44,176 nt of DNA from Clostridia bacterium (GTDB lineage Bacteria; Bacillota; Sulfobacillia; DUSP01). Numbering within the stretch: position 1 is the stretch's first letter; each line of letters opens with the position of its first letter. A program made the translations under genes and the position numbers. The notes beneath the pieces are model-generated. The model was not told the origin of the DNA. It saw only the letters and a program-made list of their open reading frames with translations, and searched no databases. The stretch lies in contig DUSP01000057.1 of NCBI GenBank assembly GCA_012842575.1, positions 1 to 44,176 of the forward strand. The letters run 5' to 3'. Below are positions 34,002-42,149 of this stretch, piece after piece.

Positions 34002-34547
34002 TCAGACCGCGCTCCCACGTGATTTTTTGCTTTCGGTCGTAATATTTTCGACGACCATTTTAACTTCATTTACCTCGACGCCCACGACATTCTTTACATA
34101 AGTCTGGACGGTCTTTTGCAGGTCGCGCGTGAGGTCGGGAATGCTCACGTCAGGACTTACCGAACACCGGACAAATACCGATACCGAGTCCCCGACATTT
34201 GAAATATGAGCCTTCACCTCGCGCACACCCGGAACTTGACGGCAAACCCTCTTCACCAAGTTCTCTATCGCACCTAAGTATACCCTGACTTCGCCCAAAG
34301 GACCTTGGTGAGCCACCGCTTTGCTTCCGTATTTCCTCCTGAACGTAAGTATGAAGAAACGTACGCTCAGCAAGAGGAAGGCAAAAGCGACCACCGAAAT
34401 GGCAGTGCGCCCCTCTGGTGATTTCTCAATTGAGGCGATTATCTTACCGGGCACCGCCCATCCCACCATTGAAAGAAACGTCATGCCGAAGTGCACCACG
34501 AGCCCGCCGGCGAAAACCGCCAGCAGCACCCGGTCGCCTATCTCCAT
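34002..34547 (-). CDS. amaP: Alkaline shock response membrane anchor protein AmaP-like
   Basis: 181 aa with two N-terminal TM segments. An Asp23-like soluble part follows (GEVRVYLGAIENLVKRV...VKAHI...VFVRCSVSPDVSIPDLTRDLQKTV). It overlaps the asp23 stop by 1 nt. Confidence 0.7.
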   Translation of the reverse strand: MEIGDRVLLAVFAGGLVVHFGMTFLSMVGWAVPGKIIASIEKSPEGRTAISVVAFAFLLLSVRFFILTFRRKYGSKAVAHQGPLGEVRVYLGAIENLVKRVCRQVPGVREVKAHISNVGDSVSVFVRCSVSPDVSIPDLTRDLQKTVQTYVKNVVGVEVNEVKMVVENITTESKKSRGSAV

Positions 34548-34966
34548 CAGTCCCCGCCCTTTCCTTCCTGCGAAAACGTTATGCCCTGAACGTGAATGTT
34601 GACTTCCACCACGTTCAGCCCGGTCATATTCTCTACCGCTTCCTTCACCCTTTCCTGCACCTGTCGGGCGACCTCCGGGATCCTCGCGCCATATTTTACG
34701 ACCATAAAAAGGTCTATCGACACATCCCGCTCTCCGACCTCGACCTTAACGCCTTTTGAGAGGTTCTTCCTTCCGAGAATCTCGGTAATATCGCCGACGA
34801 TCCCCCCTGACATGCCCGCAACCCCTTCGACCTCAGTCGCAGCTACACCCGCGATGACCGCTACAACGTCGTCCGATATCTTAAGGCTACGAGCGTCGCC
34901 GGCATCCTCCTCGCCAACGCGGTCGGTCCCCGGAAACCCTTCTGCCTTGGGGTTCAATACCCACAC
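34547..34966 (-). CDS. Asp23/Gls24-family envelope stress protein (YqhY-like)
   Basis: 139 aa. The sequence LKISDDVVAVIAGVAATEVEGVAGMSGG...GVKVEVGERDVSIDLFMVVKYGARIPEVARQVQERVKEAVENMTGLNVVEVNIHVQGI is the classic Asp23 pattern. Confidence 0.88.
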   Translation of the reverse strand: MWVLNPKAEGFPGTDRVGEEDAGDARSLKISDDVVAVIAGVAATEVEGVAGMSGGIVGDITEILGRKNLSKGVKVEVGERDVSIDLFMVVKYGARIPEVARQVQERVKEAVENMTGLNVVEVNIHVQGITFSQEGKGGD

Positions 34967-34993
34967 CTCCTAAAGGCCTTACCATCACGCCTA

Positions 34994-35022
34994 ATTATAC
35001 CTGCCCTGCCTCCCATTATCAA
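34994..35022 (-). promoter_or_regulatory. Sigma-A promoter for the asp23-amaP-DUF2273-nusB unit
   Basis: The minus strand reads TTGATA-atgggaggcagggcagg-TATAAT. The -35 is at 35017-35022, the spacer is exactly 17 bp and the -10 is at 34994-34999. It lies about 28 nt upstream of the asp23 start region. Confidence 0.6.
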
Positions 35023-35207
35023 TGAAACGCCTGATTCGACTGCGTCAACTTCATCCGGATATAGGGTCTTGCCTTCCGAGTTTCATAAAATCGGGTGAAG
35101 GTCAGAACCGGAAATTCGGTAAGTTGAGCACTTGCCCGGTATATACCTGCGGGCCGGTCTTAAGTATCTCTCTTGCGACTATGCTTAACTTATTCTAACT
35201 TAAGGAG

Positions 35208-35882
35208 TCACCCCTCGGGTTTGGGAACCACCGAAATGCCTTCGGGGCCAAGACCGAGAGTCCGCATCACGACGTCGGCGATCCTGGCAACGTCGCCCTT
35301 CTCGAGCGCACCGGCCTTGACGAAGACCACCGCCCCGTCTTTTGTCGGTGATACGAATGCGTCCTCGTAGCCCAACTGCCTGACAAGGTCTTCGGCCATT
35401 TTCGCTCCGGTCCATTCTCGACCCAGTTTCATCAGTCTGGTAAGCGCTTCGCTTTTTACCGTTTGATCGGCGTCCGGGTCTTCGGCGATGGATTTGAGCA
35501 TCTCGCTCTCTCTGCTATACGTCCTTTCGCGTTCCATTCGCGACTCCTCGAAAAAGCCGTCTTGAGTCTCCTTACCGGTTCCCTCCGCGAACACACCATC
35601 GCCCTCGTCTTCGAGTGCGCCCGACATCTTTACGGACGCGCCGGCACCGGTCCGGGATGTCCCCTGTGCCTCCTCCGATACCCCGTTTTGTGTCTTTGAG
35701 TCTCCTTCTACTATCAGACGCTCACCTGAGGCCGGTACGGAAGCCTCCATATCTTCCCCCATTATGCTCCTTTTCTCGAAGGCTTCTCGCCTTGCACCCA
35801 CATAAAAGGCCAGGGCCGCTACCACTACCACTAGAATCATGAATCTCAACACGGTACTCTTTCTGACAGTGACGCTCAGCAT
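35208..35882 (-). CDS. spoIIIAH: Stage III sporulation protein AH
   Basis: 224 aa with an N-terminal TM segment and an acidic linker. The C-terminal YscJ/FliF-like domain is RMERERTYSRESEMLKSI...LVRQLGYEDAFVSPTKDGAVVFVKA...VARIADVVMRTLGL, comparable with B. subtilis SpoIIIAH (...QGYEDALV...). Confidence 0.85.
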   Translation of the reverse strand: MLSVTVRKSTVLRFMILVVVVAALAFYVGARREAFEKRSIMGEDMEASVPASGERLIVEGDSKTQNGVSEEAQGTSRTGAGASVKMSGALEDEGDGVFAEGTGKETQDGFFEESRMERERTYSRESEMLKSIAEDPDADQTVKSEALTRLMKLGREWTGAKMAEDLVRQLGYEDAFVSPTKDGAVVFVKAGALEKGDVARIADVVMRTLGLGPEGISVVPKPEG

Positions 35883-35885
35883 TTG

Positions 35886-36512
35886 TCAGCCTCCTTTCCT
35901 CGGTAACACGATGACCTTATGCGCCGGTATGTCAAGGAGGGTACGGACCGCTTCTCCCAACATGCTTTTTGTACGCGGATCCGCCGCACCATCCGCCACC
36001 ACCATGACTCCGGCTATCTCAGGCCTTGATTCCTTCACGGCCATAGGTGTATTACCCCCAAAACCCGCCGGTTGGCCCGCCATGACCACTCGTACGTCCT
36101 CGGTGTTTTCCGTAATGCGCCTCGTCCCGCCCCTCTCGTCCCTCTCATCGGTACTCCTCTGGGAGCGCGTCCGGTCCTCGGCCAGCTCCTTTTGCGGCCC
36201 TGCTTTCAACGACACGCGGACCAAGACTCTCCCTGCACCATCAATCTCGGAAAGGATGGCCTCAAGGTCATTCTCCATGAGCCTTTCATAGGTCCTAAGC
36301 GCGTAGGAGTCGGCCCCCGGCGAAGAGAGGACGCCTCCTTCCTTCTCCGACCGGCTCGACAAGGTCCCGCTCCCGGCCGAGTCATATCCGGGGTTTTCCT
36401 CCGTCCTAGAACGGTCCATAAGACCCCCTATCAGGATGAGTGCTATGCCTAATAACGCCAGTGCGATTATCTTGAAATCGAGTTTGAACCCGAATTTACT
36501 CAACCTCCACAC
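35886..36512 (-). CDS. spoIIIAG: Stage III sporulation protein AG
   Basis: The C-terminus EIAGVMVVADGAADPRTKSMLGEAVRTLLDIPAHKVIVLPRK matches the SpoIIIAG ring-forming domain. One N-terminal TM segment is present. The track ORF extends to 36608 through a 9-bp repeat region. I prefer GTG at 36512, with a GGAGG SD 8 nt upstream. Confidence 0.85.
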   Translation of the reverse strand: MWRLSKFGFKLDFKIIALALLGIALILIGGLMDRSRTEENPGYDSAGSGTLSSRSEKEGGVLSSPGADSYALRTYERLMENDLEAILSEIDGAGRVLVRVSLKAGPQKELAEDRTRSQRSTDERDERGGTRRITENTEDVRVVMAGQPAGFGGNTPMAVKESRPEIAGVMVVADGAADPRTKSMLGEAVRTLLDIPAHKVIVLPRKGG

Positions 36513-36623
36513 CGATTTCACCTCCAACACTACGTACACTGCATACACTGCGTACACGACCCATACGACGTGCGCGACGTACGCGCCACACAACCCCGGT
36601 GAACGCACCCGGGTCGTATTCGC

Positions 36624-37373
36624 CTAGCCATTCGCCCCTACATCCCCCATCCGGATCTCGACGTTTTCGGGCGAGACGCCCACTGCCTCCCCTATAACAG
36701 TCAGGATGGTCTGTCGGAGACTTTCGTCCTCCGCCTTACCCTTTTCCCCATCGCGACTGTGTGCATCACCGATACGTTCCCCCCGGGCATCGGGCAGCGC
36801 CGTTTTGCCCTCTACCCCTTCGATCGGCGCGTCCTCATCCTTTGCGACGATGGGCGGTACCCGAACTTCGATCCGGCTTTGGCTACCGTCGGTCTTTGAC
36901 GTGGCATCCGTGTGATCCGTCCTGCCCTCTGGGCCGCCTTCACCCGCGGCCCCTGTGCCGATGGGAACCGTCACGAAAACCCTATCCACTTTCCAACGAC
37001 CGGTCCGGTCGTCCCTGGCCACGCTCACCTTCACAGAGGCTTCGCCGAGACCCTGGATGCTCGAAAGGCGAATCTTCAGTCCCTCCTCTACCACACGGGA
37101 TATCAGTTCCGTACTCTGTTTTTCATATTCGCCCGCCTGCACCCTCCAGCCGTAGTCTTCAAGTGGCCCGCCGAGGGGAGCGGCGGGCAAAGGCAGTAGT
37201 AACCGGCCTCCCGCAAGGCGTACCACAGGGTCGATTATGGCAATTACGACGAATACGCCTAGCACCAACTTGGCGTATTTCTTCATATCACCTTCCGGCA
37301 TGAGCATTTCCGCCACTACGGAGAAGAACAGCACCGCGCTAATGGTTCGTACCCAGTCTTTCGCCCAATCCAT
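36624..37373 (-). CDS. spoIIIAF: Stage III sporulation protein AF
   Basis: From ATG at 37373 the sequence is MDWAKDWVRTISAVLFFSVVAEMLMPEGDMKKYAKLVLGVFVVIAIIDPVVRL. This parallels B. subtilis SpoIIIAF (MSFLTEWLTTIVLFILFAIVIDMLLPSSSMQKYAKMV...). The track start at 37535 overlaps spoIIIAE. A longer, Gly/Glu-rich C-terminal region is present. Confidence 0.8.
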   Translation of the reverse strand: MDWAKDWVRTISAVLFFSVVAEMLMPEGDMKKYAKLVLGVFVVIAIIDPVVRLAGGRLLLPLPAAPLGGPLEDYGWRVQAGEYEKQSTELISRVVEEGLKIRLSSIQGLGEASVKVSVARDDRTGRWKVDRVFVTVPIGTGAAGEGGPEGRTDHTDATSKTDGSQSRIEVRVPPIVAKDEDAPIEGVEGKTALPDARGERIGDAHSRDGEKGKAEDESLRQTILTVIGEAVGVSPENVEIRMGDVGANG

Positions 37374-37420
37374 GAGGTCCACCCTCTGCTCCACTCCCTT
37401 CGGCCTGCAACCAATGGGCC

Positions 37421-38740
37421 CTAGAAAGGACGAGCGAGTCCTACCAAGGCGGTTACGGATAGGAATGCCATGATGGAAACGGTGAGCACCGCCGCCCAGA
37501 GCGTCATGATGGAGCTCGCCAGGGCGTGAAGGCAATCGCTCATCCTGTTCGAACCGATGGGTTGAGTTAGGACTCCTGCCAGCCTATATATGGCAGCCAA
37601 AGACAGTATCTTCAACAATGGCACGACCACTATGGCTACAATGGCTATCATGCCGGCGATCCCCACAGCGTTCTTTAAGAGCAAAGAGGAACTGAACACG
37701 AGTTCTGTGGCATCCGACACCATCTTGCCCACCACGGGAATGAGGGAATTGCTGAGAAACTTGGCCGATCTCAGTGCCATGTTGTCGCTGACCTCGCCCG
37801 CCGCCCTTGAAACCGCCACGACGCCGAGGAACACGGAAAGGCCAATGCCCAGGACGAGCATGGCGGCCTGACGTATGAACCCGGATACATGATTCAGACG
37901 GAACGTGTCGCTCATCGCCCCGACAATGTCGAGGGAAGCCGCCAGCAAGAGGGCTGGCAGCACGTACGTAGAAACCACGTAGGCTACGCCGCTTATGGTC
38001 ATCACCATGGTGGGTTGGAGTATGCCCGCCGAGACCGGCGCCCCCGAACCCGCAAGCAGCGTCGTCATGGTGGGGAGGAGGGCAAGTATCGCTTGGTTTA
38101 AATTCCTTACCGCCTCCGCGGCAACTCCGGAAGCTATCCTGAAACTTCCCATGACCAACACCGCCAGTGCCAGAAAACACGCGCCTTCGGCGACTTTTGT
38201 GACCGCGTCCGAACCGAATGCGCTGCCAATTGGAGTGACCAAGGCCATGACGAGGCAAAAAAGGATCAGCTTACCCAGGAGCACGAGGTTTGACCTCACT
38301 TCCGCCAGGAAGTATCCCATGAGGTACCTAGAAAGGCCCCTGATGTCCAGAACCGGCTCTCCGCGGGAGACCCTCTCGACCGTCTCCTTGACGCTACCTG
38401 GCGCCCAATCTAAAAGGCCTCGGACCTTGGGATCGGACATGACCCTATCTATTTCAGGCAACGAAATGGATTGGAGGCTTTGTTCCATGATGTCTTTCAC
38501 TGTCGTCGCCGAGTACGGCGAGGGTTCCGGAGGGAGAATGGAGGCGTCCTCGCCCTCGGAATGAGGGATGGGTTTACCCTCGGCGCAAGCGATGCCCGTT
38601 CTATAACCCACGATTCCAAAGGCAAGAGTTGCCGAAGCGACCATCATTATGAGTACGGCAAGCACGATCGCCGTTTTCGTCTTCATCCTCGGTGGTTTCA
38701 CCATCGTAAGCACTTCCCGCCCTTTATGGACAACGGCCAC
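37421..38740 (-). CDS. spoIIIAE: Stage III sporulation protein AE (polytopic membrane protein)
   Basis: 439 aa with a signal/TM N-terminus and then about 7-8 TM segments. It occupies the expected position in the spoIIIA operon, and its size and topology are typical of SpoIIIAE. Confidence 0.88.
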   Translation of the reverse strand: MAVVHKGREVLTMVKPPRMKTKTAIVLAVLIMMVASATLAFGIVGYRTGIACAEGKPIPHSEGEDASILPPEPSPYSATTVKDIMEQSLQSISLPEIDRVMSDPKVRGLLDWAPGSVKETVERVSRGEPVLDIRGLSRYLMGYFLAEVRSNLVLLGKLILFCLVMALVTPIGSAFGSDAVTKVAEGACFLALAVLVMGSFRIASGVAAEAVRNLNQAILALLPTMTTLLAGSGAPVSAGILQPTMVMTISGVAYVVSTYVLPALLLAASLDIVGAMSDTFRLNHVSGFIRQAAMLVLGIGLSVFLGVVAVSRAAGEVSDNMALRSAKFLSNSLIPVVGKMVSDATELVFSSSLLLKNAVGIAGMIAIVAIVVVPLLKILSLAAIYRLAGVLTQPIGSNRMSDCLHALASSIMTLWAAVLTVSIMAFLSVTALVGLARPF

Positions 38741-38743
38741 AAT

Positions 38744-39130
38744 CTACCCAAGAAGCCCCGAAAGAGTCTCCAAAACCGCATAAAAGACCGGCACCGCCGC
38801 GACAAGGATTAGGATTTTGCCCGCCAACTCGACCTTTGAAGCCACCGTCTCTTCGCGGGCATCCTTGCATACGTGAGCGCAAAACTCTGTGAGATAGGCT
38901 ATGGCCACGATTCTCAGGATGGTCGATACGTACGCCAAGTCGAGGTTGGAGCGTTGTCCCAGATTCTGAAAGAACCTTACGACGCCCACAACGGGACCGG
39001 CCAAGTTGATGAGAATGAGGCCGCCCACCAGTATGGAGAGCACCGTTGCCACTTCGGGGCGCTCCCGGCGAATGACCACGAGGAGCACTACGGCCATCAA
39101 CGCAAAACCCGTGATTTGAATGAAGCTCAT
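38744..39130 (-). CDS. spoIIIAD: Stage III sporulation protein AD
   Basis: 128 aa with 4 TM segments. The sequence ILRIVAIAYLTEFCAHVCKDAREETVASKVELAGKILIL is characteristic of SpoIIIAD. Confidence 0.9.
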   Translation of the reverse strand: MSFIQITGFALMAVVLLVVIRRERPEVATVLSILVGGLILINLAGPVVGVVRFFQNLGQRSNLDLAYVSTILRIVAIAYLTEFCAHVCKDAREETVASKVELAGKILILVAAVPVFYAVLETLSGLLG

Positions 39131-39156
39131 GGCGAGGACCTCGCTTTGACGCTGAC

Positions 39157-39354
39157 CTAATAAAGTTGAAACATCGCCCGGACGGTGTCGAAGAGATCCC
39201 TTATGACCCCGAGTACCATGCCGAGGACCACCACCACGCCCACGAGGGTGATTATGTAACCGTGCTCTTCCTTCCCCGCCTGCTTCATGACCATGTTTAG
39301 TACGGATATGATGATGCCTATACCGGCGATTTTAAAGACCAAATCGAGATTCAT
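39157..39354 (-). CDS. spoIIIAC: Stage III sporulation protein AC
   Basis: 65 aa with 2 TM segments. The sequence MNLDLVFKIAGIGIIISVLNMVMKQAGKEEHGYIITLVGVVVVL is characteristic of SpoIIIAC. Confidence 0.9.
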   Translation of the reverse strand: MNLDLVFKIAGIGIIISVLNMVMKQAGKEEHGYIITLVGVVVVLGMVLGVIRDLFDTVRAMFQLY

Positions 39355-39365
39355 GGCTCTACCCC

Positions 39366-39887
39366 CTAAATTATGGCCAAAGCCAACGCCAACCCCCCGA
39401 AAAGCCCCAGGATCCTGTACAGGCGAGCGTTTTTCTCCACTTCAAGGGCTACCTTCTCCTCGATAACCTTCAGACGTTCTTCGGCCAGCCTTACATGCCG
39501 AACCTGATCCTTGACATCAGAGACCCCTATGCTGAAGGAAAGAGCTGACAATACCTCAAACTCGGGTTTTCCTATTGGAGACCTTCTTTCCGCCTCTCTC
39601 AGAGCGGCGGTAAAGGCCTCCGGGCCGGTAGTCCGCGTGTCCCCCCTTAGGGCCGAAGCGGCGGTCTCAAAGAAGGTGGCCGCTCCTCCGTCAACAGCCG
39701 CAGAAACCCGTTTTAACGCCATATCGAGCGGGGTGGCACCGAAAGCGATTTCCGTTTCCAAGACCTCCAGCCCCGACCTAAGCCCTCTTACCATCTGGAG
39801 CCTCCGTTCTAAATCGACGGAGGCCAGATGACCCATATAAGCGGTGGATCCGACCAGGATCAGGCCGCCTGTGATCTTCAGCCACAC
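39366..39887 (-). CDS. spoIIIAB: Stage III sporulation protein AB
   Basis: From GTG at 39887 the sequence is VWLKITGGLILVGSTAYMGHLASVDLERRLQMVRGLRSGLEVLETEIAFGATPL...KPEFEVLSALSFSIGVSD...EKNARLYRILGLFGGLALALAII (173 aa). This is collinear with B. subtilis SpoIIIAB. An AGGGGAGGG SD lies upstream. The 77 extra N-terminal codons in the track ORF (to 40118) are Arg/Gly/Pro-rich and overlap spoIIIAA. Confidence 0.85.
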   Translation of the reverse strand: MWLKITGGLILVGSTAYMGHLASVDLERRLQMVRGLRSGLEVLETEIAFGATPLDMALKRVSAAVDGGAATFFETAASALRGDTRTTGPEAFTAALREAERRSPIGKPEFEVLSALSFSIGVSDVKDQVRHVRLAEERLKVIEEKVALEVEKNARLYRILGLFGGLALALAII

Positions 39888-41091
39888 CGTCCCAGCCCTC
39901 CCCTTTACCCCGACCTTCTCTTGACGCCGGCGCCAGAATCGGCAACTCGACGGACGTCGGCCCCACTCGGATCCGGCGGCTATCGGCGAAATCCCCCTCA
40001 GTACAGGGGGTCGGCGGCCGAGCGGACGTAGACCCCAGTTCCACCCGGCGGACGGGCCACGACACCGCCGCGCCTCGTCCCTCTTTCGAATCCCGTTCGT
40101 GGCGTAGCGTGATGTCATATACGCCCTCCACCGTCCCGGGACCGCGCCTGCGGGACAGTACGACCGCTCGTTCGAACCAGCCGTCTTCTATGAGGCCGAA
40201 AAGAACCGGCCTTTTAGACAGGTCGTATAAGTCATGGGCATGGACCGTGGCCAGCACGGTCACGCCCGCGTGGAGAGCGTCCTGAAGCGCTCGGACATCC
40301 GCCGGTTTTCCCACTTCATCTGTGGCTATCACCTCAGGTGACATGGAACGGATTGCCATGATGATGCCAATCGCTTTGGGGCAGCCATCCATCACATCCG
40401 TTCTCATCCCTACGTCCTTTTGAGGAACGCCTTGAAAACATGCTGCGATTTCAGAGCGCTCATCTATTAGGGCAACTCGCTTGCCGGCCAGCCCGATTTG
40501 ACTCAAGCCATCGGAAACCACTCTGACCACGTCCCTCAAGAGCGTGGTCTTGCCACACCCGGGTGGCGACACGATGAGCGTGTTACAGAGCCCTAAGGAA
40601 GGCTCGCCGTCGTTTTGGTACGCCACCGAAACCTTCCGAAGAATCTGCGGTAAAATTTCTTCCCCCGGACCTTTTACTTCCCGCGACAGTCTTACGTTGA
40701 TGCCTGACACCCACTTTATGGTACGCACCCTTCCGCCTTCGAGCACCGCTTTTCCGGTGAATCCGACCCGGTGTCCCCCTCTCAACGTCACGAAGCCTTC
40801 GCTTATTTCTTCTTGCCATGCGTATACCGACGAGCCCAGGAGCAGTTGAAAGGTTTTGGCCATATCTTCCTGTGTGACTACGTATACCCCTCTGGGATCC
40901 CTCATCGGGCGGCCGTCGGGAGCCAAAAAGACGTCGCCGACGGCAAGCCCAAGGGCCAGAGGTCTTCCGACACGAAGCCTTACCTCCTCCACGTTCCTCA
41001 CGTCAACGATGCCCGGGCGCATTGCGCCTTGCAGTGCTTTGCGAATACCATCTGAGAAATACGGTAAGATCTCTTCGATTGCCGAGTACAC
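39778..41091 (-). CDS. spoIIIAA: Stage III sporulation protein AA (AAA-type secretion ATPase); 3' boundary questionable
   Basis: The start is GTG with a GGGGGGA SD. The Walker A is IVSPPGCGKTTLLRD and the Walker B is VIATDEVG. The family-typical end is ...FERAVVLSRRRGPGTVEGVYD, near 40100. The ORF then continues about 100 low-complexity codons to 39778 and would overlap spoIIIAB by about 110 nt. Confidence 0.88.
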   Translation of the reverse strand: MYSAIEEILPYFSDGIRKALQGAMRPGIVDVRNVEEVRLRVGRPLALGLAVGDVFLAPDGRPMRDPRGVYVVTQEDMAKTFQLLLGSSVYAWQEEISEGFVTLRGGHRVGFTGKAVLEGGRVRTIKWVSGINVRLSREVKGPGEEILPQILRKVSVAYQNDGEPSLGLCNTLIVSPPGCGKTTLLRDVVRVVSDGLSQIGLAGKRVALIDERSEIAACFQGVPQKDVGMRTDVMDGCPKAIGIIMAIRSMSPEVIATDEVGKPADVRALQDALHAGVTVLATVHAHDLYDLSKRPVLFGLIEDGWFERAVVLSRRRGPGTVEGVYDITLRHERDSKEGRGAAVSWPVRRVELGSTSARPPTPCTEGDFADSRRIRVGPTSVELPILAPASREGRGKGEGWDGVAEDHRRPDPGRIHRLYGSSGLRRFRTEAPDGKRA

Positions 41092-41197
41092 GTTTGTCCC
41101 CCCATGCTTGTGTCACTCACATAGATATTTCCGGGGCCGGGTTATTATGCCAACGCTTTTACGTAAACGACCCGTTTGAGCTCAAAAGAACGGGAGG

Positions 41198-41301
41198 ACT
41201 TCGCTACGGCCCATTCAGGCGATGAAATATGTTTCAGCACCTCTGAAGCGGCCGACCGCGGCCGACCCGCCCACTTCGCTACGGCCCATTCAGGCGATGA
41301 A
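41198..41301. repeat. Two perfect copies of a 29-bp sequence, 75 bp apart, upstream of spoIIIAA
   Basis: The sequence acttcgctacggcccattcaggcgatgaa occurs at 41198-41226 and again at 41273-41301. The 46-bp spacer contains ggccgaccgcggccgacc, an internal 9-bp tandem. Confidence 0.95.
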
Positions 41302-41338
41302 GTCTGCCGGACCCAAAAAGCATATGGAAGAAGAAAAA

Positions 41339-41380
41339 GGAAATGGAAAAAGAATAGATGGCCTTCGACAAAAGCCATCT
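41339..41380 (-). terminator. Intrinsic terminator after the Zn-ribbon protein gene
   Basis: The minus strand reads AGATGGC-ttttgtcgaag-GCCATCT (41356-41362/41374-41380) followed by ATTCTTTTTCCATTTCC. Confidence 0.7.
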
Positions 41381-41483
41381 ACTCAGCACCATTTCTTATG
41401 CTCGTCTGAGGTTTCCTCTTGCGCCTAAATATCCTTAGGGCCAAAGCCAGGGGTTCATCGCGCTGGCCGGTAATCTTACGCGT

Positions 41484-42092
41484 TCATGATTTCTTCTTTC
41501 CCTTGCCCTCCTTGGTTTCGCCACCCTTGCCCTCATCCTTCTCGGCGCTCTTTCCCGACTTCGAAGCACCGCCTTTGGACGTTGGAGGGCTCACAGCGCG
41601 CAATTTCGGCCTGGAACCTTCCTCTTCCTTTACGCTTTTTATGTCCATATCCGTAACGCCGGATAAAGCCGTGTCTTCTTCGTCGGAAATACCCTCTTCT
41701 TCGTCATAGCAGATGATCTCGCCGCAATTTGGACACACGAGTTCGAGGGTCTCTTCGTCCTCGGCCAGGTCGGAGTCAATGCATATCACTTCGCCACACT
41801 TGGGACATTCCACTTCGGCGTAATCGTCCTCCTCATAATAGTCGCTTTCGAGGTCCGCGAGGTCTTCGTCGATGCTCGAGACGTACTCTTCCAGCTCTTG
41901 GTGTTCGTCGGAGAGCTCGTCCAGCGCGTCGGATATCTCTTTCAGAGCATCGATAATCCCTAATAGAATCTTCCCCTCCTTGGACTCTTTATCCAAATCC
42001 ATGCCGTCTGCGAGGCCTTTCAGGTAAGAAACCTTCTCTCCATAAGTCGTCTTCACAAGATCACTCCTTTCTTTCTCCTGGAGGCCCGTCAC
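41484..42092 (-). CDS. Acidic Zn-ribbon protein (CD1247 N-terminal-domain type), function unknown
   Basis: The N-terminal helical region is VSYLKGLADGMDLDKESKEGKILLGIIDALKEISDALDEL. The four-Cys ribbon is CPKCGEVIC...CPNCGEIIC. The tail is Lys/Gly/Glu-rich. The likely start is GTG at 42056, with an AGGAG SD 7 nt upstream, rather than the track start at 42092. Confidence 0.6.
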   Translation of the reverse strand: MTGLQEKERSDLVKTTYGEKVSYLKGLADGMDLDKESKEGKILLGIIDALKEISDALDELSDEHQELEEYVSSIDEDLADLESDYYEEDDYAEVECPKCGEVICIDSDLAEDEETLELVCPNCGEIICYDEEEGISDEEDTALSGVTDMDIKSVKEEEGSRPKLRAVSPPTSKGGASKSGKSAEKDEGKGGETKEGKGKKKS

Positions 42093-42149
42093 GGGCGTCG
42101 GCGCCTTCCCCTTTCTCCGTGATGGTCATCTTCTCCCGAGCGGTGACCG

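Noticed and set aside
37584-38258. 224-aa alternative-frame minus-strand ORF inside spoIIIAE. The similar ones at 13132..13662, 29479..29913 and 23415..23705 belong with it.
   Set aside because: They are same-strand, out-of-frame ORFs within confidently assigned genes. Their products are Arg/Gly-rich, which is a GC-content artefact.
41120-41155. Sigma-E promoter candidate for spoIIIAA. The minus strand reads GCATAAT-14 nt-AATATCTA.
   Set aside because: The -35 is acceptable, but the -10 shares only about 3 of 8 positions with CATACAmT. This makes it unsupported without transcription start mapping.
41198-41301. The 29-bp perfect repeat pair considered as a minimal CRISPR array.
   Set aside because: There are only two copies, the 46-bp spacer is itself internally repetitive, and no cas genes or leader are present in the window. 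The location is inside a promoter region between core genes.
41273-41301. The minus strand reads GGGCCGTAGCGAAGTGG within the repeat, which resembles a tRNA acceptor/D-arm 5' half.
   Set aside because: No anticodon arm or GTTCRANYC T-loop follows in either copy, and the similarity stops after about 17 nt.
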